From the NCBI RefSeq assembly GCF_009914755.1, contig NC_060938.1: 64,000 bases of DNA, one strand, 5' to 3'. A program made the position numbers and the translations under genes. The notes below the pieces were generated by a model that had not been told where the DNA came from, ran no database searches, and saw only the letters and a list, made by a program, of their open reading frames with translations. This document shows, piece by piece, positions 56,589 through 64,000 of the stretch. The DNA is from the human T2T-CHM13v2.0 reference genome, Homo sapiens. The first letter of the stretch is position 1, and the number at the start of each line of letters is the position of its first letter.

Positions 56589-56873
56589 GGCCAGGCATGG
56601 TGGCTCACACTTATAATCCTAGCACTTTGGGAGGCCGAGGCAGGAGAATCACTTGAGTTCAGGAGTTTGAGACCAGCCTAGACGAGATAGGAAGACCCTG
56701 TCACTACGAAAAATAATTTAGAAATTAGCCAGATGTGGTGACTACTCTGGAGGCTGAGGAGGGAGAATTGCTTGAGCCTGGGAGGTTGAAGCTGCAGTAA
56801 GACAAGGTGACATGCCACTGCCCTCCAACCTGGGTGACAGAGAGAGACCCTATCTCAAAAACAAATAAAAACC
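56589..56873 (+). mobile_element. AluJ with internal deletion
   Basis: TSD aaaatccaacaata / aaagtccaacaata. Confidence 0.9.
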
Positions 56874-58154
56874 AAAGTCCAACAATAGAGAATATATGTT
56901 CTTTTTTGAAAATATGTTGAACATTTACATAAATTGACATAACAGGCCACACAAAGGAAGGTCTCAACAAATTTGTAAGAATTGATAACTTATAGAGATA
57001 TTTTCTGACCACAGTGGAATCTGATTTTTAAAACTCAATAAAAGATGTGTTTAAATCTAGAAGCAAGGAGAACAATAGATTAAGCCTGAAAAAAGCAGAG
57101 CAAAATAAAACTATCAGAAATTAATGGAAAAGAAACAACAACAAAAGAATGAACAAATCCAGAAGTTGATTATTCAAAATTACTAGTAAAATAGATAAAA
57201 CCCTAGCAGGGCTGCTCCAGAAAAAAAGAAAATGCAATAAATAATATTAAGAATTATAAAGAGAACATAATTTATAATGATAGATACAATTGGAATGAAA
57301 AAATCATAAAAAATAGAATGAGCAAATCTATGAACAACTTAATACTAGTAGAGGAAGTTAATGATTTTTTTAGAAAAGTAAATTTTGAAAGTTGAATCAA
57401 GAATAATTAATTAGAAAATCCAAATCAACCAATAACCCATGTAGGAAATGACTTGCTACCACAAATCAGAGCCTTCTACCCAAAAGACATTGGGCATAGG
57501 TGGATTTCTGGGATGTTTGGCCAACCTATCAAGAACAGCTAACCCTTATGTTACACAAACTGTTTGAGAGTGTAGAAGAAAAGGGAAAGTGACTCATCTT
57601 ATTAGGCACTTGATACCAAACCTAAGAATACAAGAACAGACTAATCCATTATAAACATAGATGAAATTTTTCTAAATAAAATATTAACAATATTAACAGA
57701 GATGACATGTCTTAATATAGATGCAGAAAAAAATTATTTTCTAGAATTCAAAGTCCCTTTATTACATAAACTCTTAGCAAAGTAAGAATAGGCAGGAACT
57801 TCCTTAACTTGATAAAGAACATATAACCAATACCTTTATAGACAACACACTCAATGATAAAACTTCAGAAGAAAGATGATACCTACTATCACCCTTATTA
57901 CTCAATATCATTCTGGAAGTCCTACCAGTGCAATGAGAAAAGAAAGAGAAATGAGGTATAAGAATTGAAAAGAAAACAGACAAACCTATCTTTCTTTAAA
58001 GATAATATGATTATTTACACAGAAAATCCATTGAATCCACTGTATAGGAAAATTATTATAAATAATAAGAGATTTCATTGAGTTTGCTGAATACAACATC
58101 CATATACAAAAGTCAACAGCATTTTCTAGGCACTAGGTAAAACTAATTGGAAGG

Positions 58155-59580
58155 GAGACAGAGACTGAGATTGTAGCTGGAGGGGAATGTATCAAAGTAG
58201 GATTTTTAAAGATGGGAGATTCCTGAGCACTTTGTTTGCTGTTGAGAATAATCCAGTAGAGTGAAAGAAGTTGATTGTGCAGAAAATAGAGGTGGATGAC
58301 TTAGGAATAAGTCCTGGAGACATCAAGAGAGGATGGGATGCAAAGCACAAGTAGAGGTGTTTGCCTTTAAGAGAAACAGAGCTACTTCTTCCATTGTAAT
58401 GAGAAGGAAGACAATTCCTATGCCAGTAGTTGTACAGATGTCACAGTGGAGGGATGAGGGAGTTTCTGTCTGATTATTTCTGTTTTCTCAGTAAGACATA
58501 AATTGAGATCATCAGTTGAGAGGGGATGATCATTGGAGGTCTGAGGGGAGAAGAGATAAATAGTGACCTCAGAAAAGTTAAAATAAACTTTACTATGGAA
58601 AAAAAAATGTAGCCTTTCTGAGCAATGTTGAGTACTCATTTGAGGACTGCAGTCATAGATTTAAAGTGTAATCAGTCAACTCAGTGGAATTACTTTCTCC
58701 ATTAATCTTAAATTGCTTCAGGACTGTTTCAGCCTAAGCCAGTAGCTGGGTTTAACCAAATTTGAAGATTTTTCTAGGAGAGTTTGGCACGAGGAGAGAG
58801 GGGCAAAGGCGTGTAAGGCAGTGTTTATAACAGTGGCCCATGGAATTGATCATGGGTAAAGAGAAAACAAGGACATGCGAGGAGGTGATAAATAGAACAA
58901 AACAAAGCAAAACAAAACAAACAATAAAAACAGACAAGCAAGTGAGCTTAACTGAGTGGTCAAAAAATTATTGGAGTAGAAATACTACAGAAGGTTGGCT
59001 GGAAGGATGAAAATGGTGGTCGGCGTATAACAATTGAAATCTAGACTTGAAAGGTGGTGATGACAAGGCTAGGCTATGGCCATTTTAATGTAGCTGAAGA
59101 AAGTGGAAGAATAGATCACTGGAAGTGAGAAGGTCAGGAACTCAGAGACCAAGGATGTTAAAGTCACCAAGAACGATGACAAAAATAGGGGTGAAAGGAA
59201 GGAGTTGTATGCTCAAGTGTTTAATAAATGAATAATAGGTTATTGATGACAGCAATTCAGTGGGAGAAGGGTTATATAATGTGAAGGAATGAGCATCCAA
59301 ATAGCTGTGGTTTTTAAAGGATAAAGGAGGAGAAAGGGTTTGGAAGTAGCAGTGGAAAGCAAGGAAGCCCATTTCCCTATCTACAGGCTCTGGGATATGG
59401 GACAGTGAGATAAAAAACAACCACACTTTTGGGTGCTATGGGGAAAAACCACATCCTCAGGGCCAATCAGGTTTCGGTGAAGGCGCGAAGATGAACAGAA
59501 TGTTCAAAGAAGAAGATAAAGATTTAGAGGATTTCCAGAAAGCTGAGTGGAGTGGGTGGATATTGGGTCAGATATTAATA
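58155..59580 (-). mobile_element. L2 internal (ORF2) remnant
   Basis: Minus-strand translation contains the endonuclease motif VIVLGDFNI (ORF 59142..59426); the + strand is purine-rich. Confidence 0.65.
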
Positions 59581-59599
59581 GCAGTACCAACATACCTTA

Positions 59600-59990
59600 T
59601 CATCTGTCCTCCCGCTCCCACCCCCCCTAGATTGTAAATTCCACAAGGGTAGAGATCTTTGCCTATTTTGTTCATTGATCTGTCCCAAGAACTAAAACAG
59701 TGCCTGGAACATTGTGGATGCTCAATACATATTTGTTGATTGATTGATTAATAGTAGCTAATATTTATTGAGCACTAATGTGCCAAGGGTACTAGTAAGT
59801 GCTTTATATATATTATTATTGTTATTATTATTATTATTACTCTCCCCATTTTATAGATGAGAACATTGAGGCACAGAAAGGTTAAGTAGCTTGCCTAAGT
59901 TCATGGGACTAGCAAGTTGTAGAGCCAAAGTTCAAACACACTCTAGCTCTGGTTTAGTTCTGGAGCCTCTGTATTCTTAAATTCCAAATT
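59600..59990. mobile_element. L2a terminus (+), then MIR (-) with (ATT)n
   Basis: ctagattgtaaattccacaagggtagaga...cagtgcctggaacattg...ctcaatacatatttgttga; ccccattttatagatgagaacattgaggcacaga. Confidence 0.8.
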
Positions 59991-60779
59991 ACCTCACCTT
60001 TTCATGGTTGGTGGATGTACAGAACAATCTCAAAGTAGAAGCCCAGGTAATGGTAAAAGACCAAGGAGGCTAGACCTCTAGTGGAGACTGAGGTTAAAAG
60101 TTAAACAATAAATATGAACACTGATTTCAAAAGTTAGTCTAAAAGCTAGCCTAGGGCATTTGCTGCCTCTAATGTCCTATACTCTTGTTCATCTCCTATT
60201 GTGATTGTGATCAAGGCACCTTCTACTGTCAGTTCCCAGATCTTTTTATTTCCCACCCCCACCCCTCACCCCCCACATATTGCCCTTCTTCATTATTTTT
60301 AGTTTCTGCATATTCCCATTCCGACACCTGGCAAACCTGCCACTCTTTTCCACTGACTTCTCTTAAGGGCAGTCAGGTGCATTGGGACCTAATTTCTAAG
60401 CATGTGAATAGTGACACGTCGAGCTTACAGCAGGCCTTAGGATCACCAGGCTGACTCACTGTCATACAGATTCCAACTACAAAAATCATCTGGGAGCGCC
60501 CTCCGAAGTGCTAGGATTCTGCTGGCTGTTTTATGAACAGCTCATACTATGAAGTGGAAAAGTAAAGGAACATTCCAACATTTCAGGAAAACCAAGGAAA
60601 AAAATGAGTATGTGTAACTGGATGGAGGAAGCCTGGGATAGTACCACTATTTCTGTGTGAAGCCTCTCCTAACCCTCAGTGAGATACATGCTCACTAGGG
60701 TCAGGCACATGAAAGGTCTCTAGGAGCACTTGGAGGTTTGGACCAGAGATCAGGACCCACAGTGCACTGGTATTGTTGT

Positions 60780-61210
60780 GTGTGCTGAGGTTCTTTGGGT
60801 GCATGCAACAGAAATGCTTCTGGCTAATGTAAGCCAGAGTTTAAAAGAAGGATATAGAGGTCCCACAGGATTGAGGGAAGGCTGAAGAAGCAGTCTTAGA
60901 AATGGGTAAGAAGCAGGCAAATTCCAGAAACTAGGAAGCAGGAAACACAAGGCTCACAAGAGTCCCACAGGTCTGGTCAGGACACTCCACTTGGATGGGA
61001 TGAAACTCCTGACATCTCCATTCTTTTTGTCCCTCTGTTCAAAATTCACCTTCCATTGAAGGGAGCATCTGATTGGCCCAACTTGGGTCAAAAACCTCCT
61101 AATTGCCAGCAATATCCACAGACTGTATCCTACTGGGAAAAGATAATCCGCCAAAAGGAAATTAGATTGTTATTAGGAAAGGGAGATGAGTGCTAGGTGC
61201 TCTGGCAGCC
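60780..61210 (-). mobile_element. Old MaLR LTR (MLT1N2/O-like)
   Basis: ggttctttgggtgcatgcaacagaaa...ctggctaatgtaagc...gagcatctgattggccca. Confidence 0.55.
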
Positions 61211-61658
61211 ACCATTCCCAACCCCTCCCTGGATGTTTAAGAATATATAAAACATTTCAACTTGAGAAAGCAGATTGAATTTTTTTAGAAAAGAATATGT
61301 AAAACTGTATTTCTTCTCCAGCTGTACTTTCCGAGCCCTACATTGGTCTAAATGGAAGGATACCTTTCAGTACCAGCCCAGTCATGCTTTTGCATGATTA
61401 CCTCTATCAAACTCTATTTCTTTGGAAGGAACTCTTAAATTTACTGTCACATAAATGTTTCCTGGTAGCTCGGGTTATCCTTTGTAAAATTCTGTCTACC
61501 TCTACAGCTTGAAGTTAATTTTCCTTAAGTCTTCAAAAATAAAAGTTCAGTCTTGTTATTGATTTAGATCCTTGTGGAAATTTTTTAGTATTTCCTTACT
61601 CTTTTAAATAGTCTTTTTCCCCCCTTTTGCTGCTTTTCCTATTGGTTTTCTTTCATTA

Positions 61659-61984
<326 letters not shown>

Positions 61985-62090
61985 GGCACCCAAAATTTTT
62001 AGAATGACTGTCACAATAATAGCACATGTCCCTGAATAGAGATCCTACCTTAATGTTGGTTAAAGGGGGTTGCTCTTAAAAAGGAACCAT

Positions 62091-62428
<338 letters not shown>

Positions 62429-62899
62429 TTATTTACCTCTGCAATATCCTTTTAAGATCAGTGTGATAGGAGACCCATCCTAAGGGATTGTTGGAAAAGA
62501 GGAAAAACCCTTAATGAAAAGTACTATCATTTTAGTTCTTCTAGATTTAGCCCATATCTTGAGATTAAAAAGACAATTAATGGGATATTTTGAGTGAGAC
62601 CTTCACATATATGCTCCCTTTGATAAAATTTGTGTCTATGGCAGTTTTTTTTTCTTAATCGACCTTTTCATTTCTTTATTTATTAGTTTAAAATATTTCC
62701 ATGTGTAATCTCATTTTAGTTTTCAAACGAATTGGTTAGAAGAGGTATTTTGTCCCCATTTTAATTATGTAGAAACTGGTTCACGAAAAGATGATGATTT
62801 ACCCAAGGTCATGTAGCTAAGTGGTCAAAAAACTAGGCTGAGCATCAAGATGTCTTCATTTCTGGGTGTTTATTTAAGTCAGCGATCTCAAACTGGGGC

Positions 62900-63467
62900 C
62901 AGTAACACACTTAGGTCTTGCTAGGAGGGGACCCTGACTTGGAACCCACGCTTCAAAGAGCCTAACTCTGGCTCTTTCCAGTCCCATGGGCCAAAGAGCC
63001 AAGACACCTCACATTCTGGGTCCCAGGTTCCCAGAGTCCTGTCAAATGTCACCAAGTCCATTTGAGTCTGTCCTCCTAAGGGCATTCTGCACCTTTGATG
63101 TGAGCAACATTAAGCCAGAGGGACAGCCAAGGGGAGGCTGTTTGAGGAATCAGGGGATAGACAGAGCTTGACTCCCACAGGTGTGCAGGCTGGAGCTGGG
63201 GTGAGAAGGGGAGGGCCGGGGGCCAGGAGCCAGCTCTTCTCTGCTGCCCTGTATCTGTGTGCAACTCCAAGATGTCCCAGGACTCTGAATTCTCACACCT
63301 GGCTGCCAGGTCTTTAGGAAGGCATATTTTTTCATTGTAGGCAAACAGAATATATTTTGTTTAACAGTTAGTGAGCTTGATTTATACTTTTAAATATTTA
63401 GACATATGATATGGGGCCTCCATTTGTACTCTTGCTCCAGGCCCTGCAAATGTTAGGGGTGGGCTTG
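62900..63467 (-). mobile_element. hAT-Tip100 element (MER115/Zaphod-like)
   Basis: Terminus ttttaaatatttagacatatg...ggcctccatttgtactcttgctccaggccctgcaaatgttaggggtgggcttg. Confidence 0.65.
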
Positions 63468-63469
63468 CA

Positions 63470-63794
63470 GAACGCCAACATAGTTTGTTTGGCTAGCACA
63501 CCGCTTTTTTTTTTTTTCTTTTTTAACATCTTGAATTAGTTTCTAACACTAACAATTGGGAGATTTTGAATAAGAATAGAGATTTCTGATTTCTCTTTTT
63601 TAAAATTACAGAAAATCATGGGCCTTCCTACTTGTATGGCGAAAAAGAGCTGGGGCTGAGCAGGATCAGCCTGCCCTGGGTGGGGCTGGGCCAGTGTTTC
63701 CTGATTGGCCACAGTTCCCACCTGTTTCCCTTCTCTCATTTCGGTAACCTCTGATCTCTCTGGCCACTGAGGGCATTTGAGTTTGTCACCCTTG
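63470..63794 (-). mobile_element. MER102 (hAT-Charlie)
   Basis: tttgtttggc...ttgaattagtt...gggagattt...gccacagttcccacc...ggcatttgagtttgtcacccttg. Confidence 0.65.
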
Positions 63795-64000
63795 ATTTAC
63801 ATCCTTCTTTAGATATGTCCTTTCTGTATAAAGCCACCATGCCATCACATTTAACACATTGTTTTTGCCTCTTTTCTACAACTTCCCTCAAAGAAAGTTT
63901 TTTTCTCCATTAGCTAAGTGTAAATCCCTACATTTTAGTATGGATAAATGCCTATAATTTTGCCATCTTATTCCCTAACTTCTGAATCTTGGGAAATCAT

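Overview
This is primate, almost certainly human, genomic DNA from the 3' part of RAD51B (RAD51 paralog B, 14q24.1), which is transcribed on the + strand. The only coding sequence I can support is two alternative last exons, each with 17 coding nt entered in phase 1. One is at 2612-2628 (G|GC CAA GAG AAG CCA TAG = GQEKP*) and the other at 22069-22085 (G|CC TAT GGA AAT TCC TAG = AYGNS*). From memory, these match the C-termini of the two 350-aa RAD51B isoforms. The rest is intron: 14 Alus, L1/L2/MIR remnants, MaLR and ERV1 LTRs (including a deleted MER39-type provirus with a recognisable Lys primer-binding site) and hAT/Tigger DNA-transposon fossils. A repeat-poor, motif-rich stretch at about 25.4-34.1 kb looks like an enhancer cluster. 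None of the ORFs in the supplied track is a credible gene. I found no clearly new biological system. The best leads concern control of RAD51B last-exon choice: a T14 acceptor tract, a G-quadruplex downstream of the poly(A) signal, and a tandem alternative acceptor that would give a hydrophobic tail. There are also several small DNA-repair or gene-conversion scars. Repeat family names come from recall of consensus sequences, and boundaries of old repeats are approximate.
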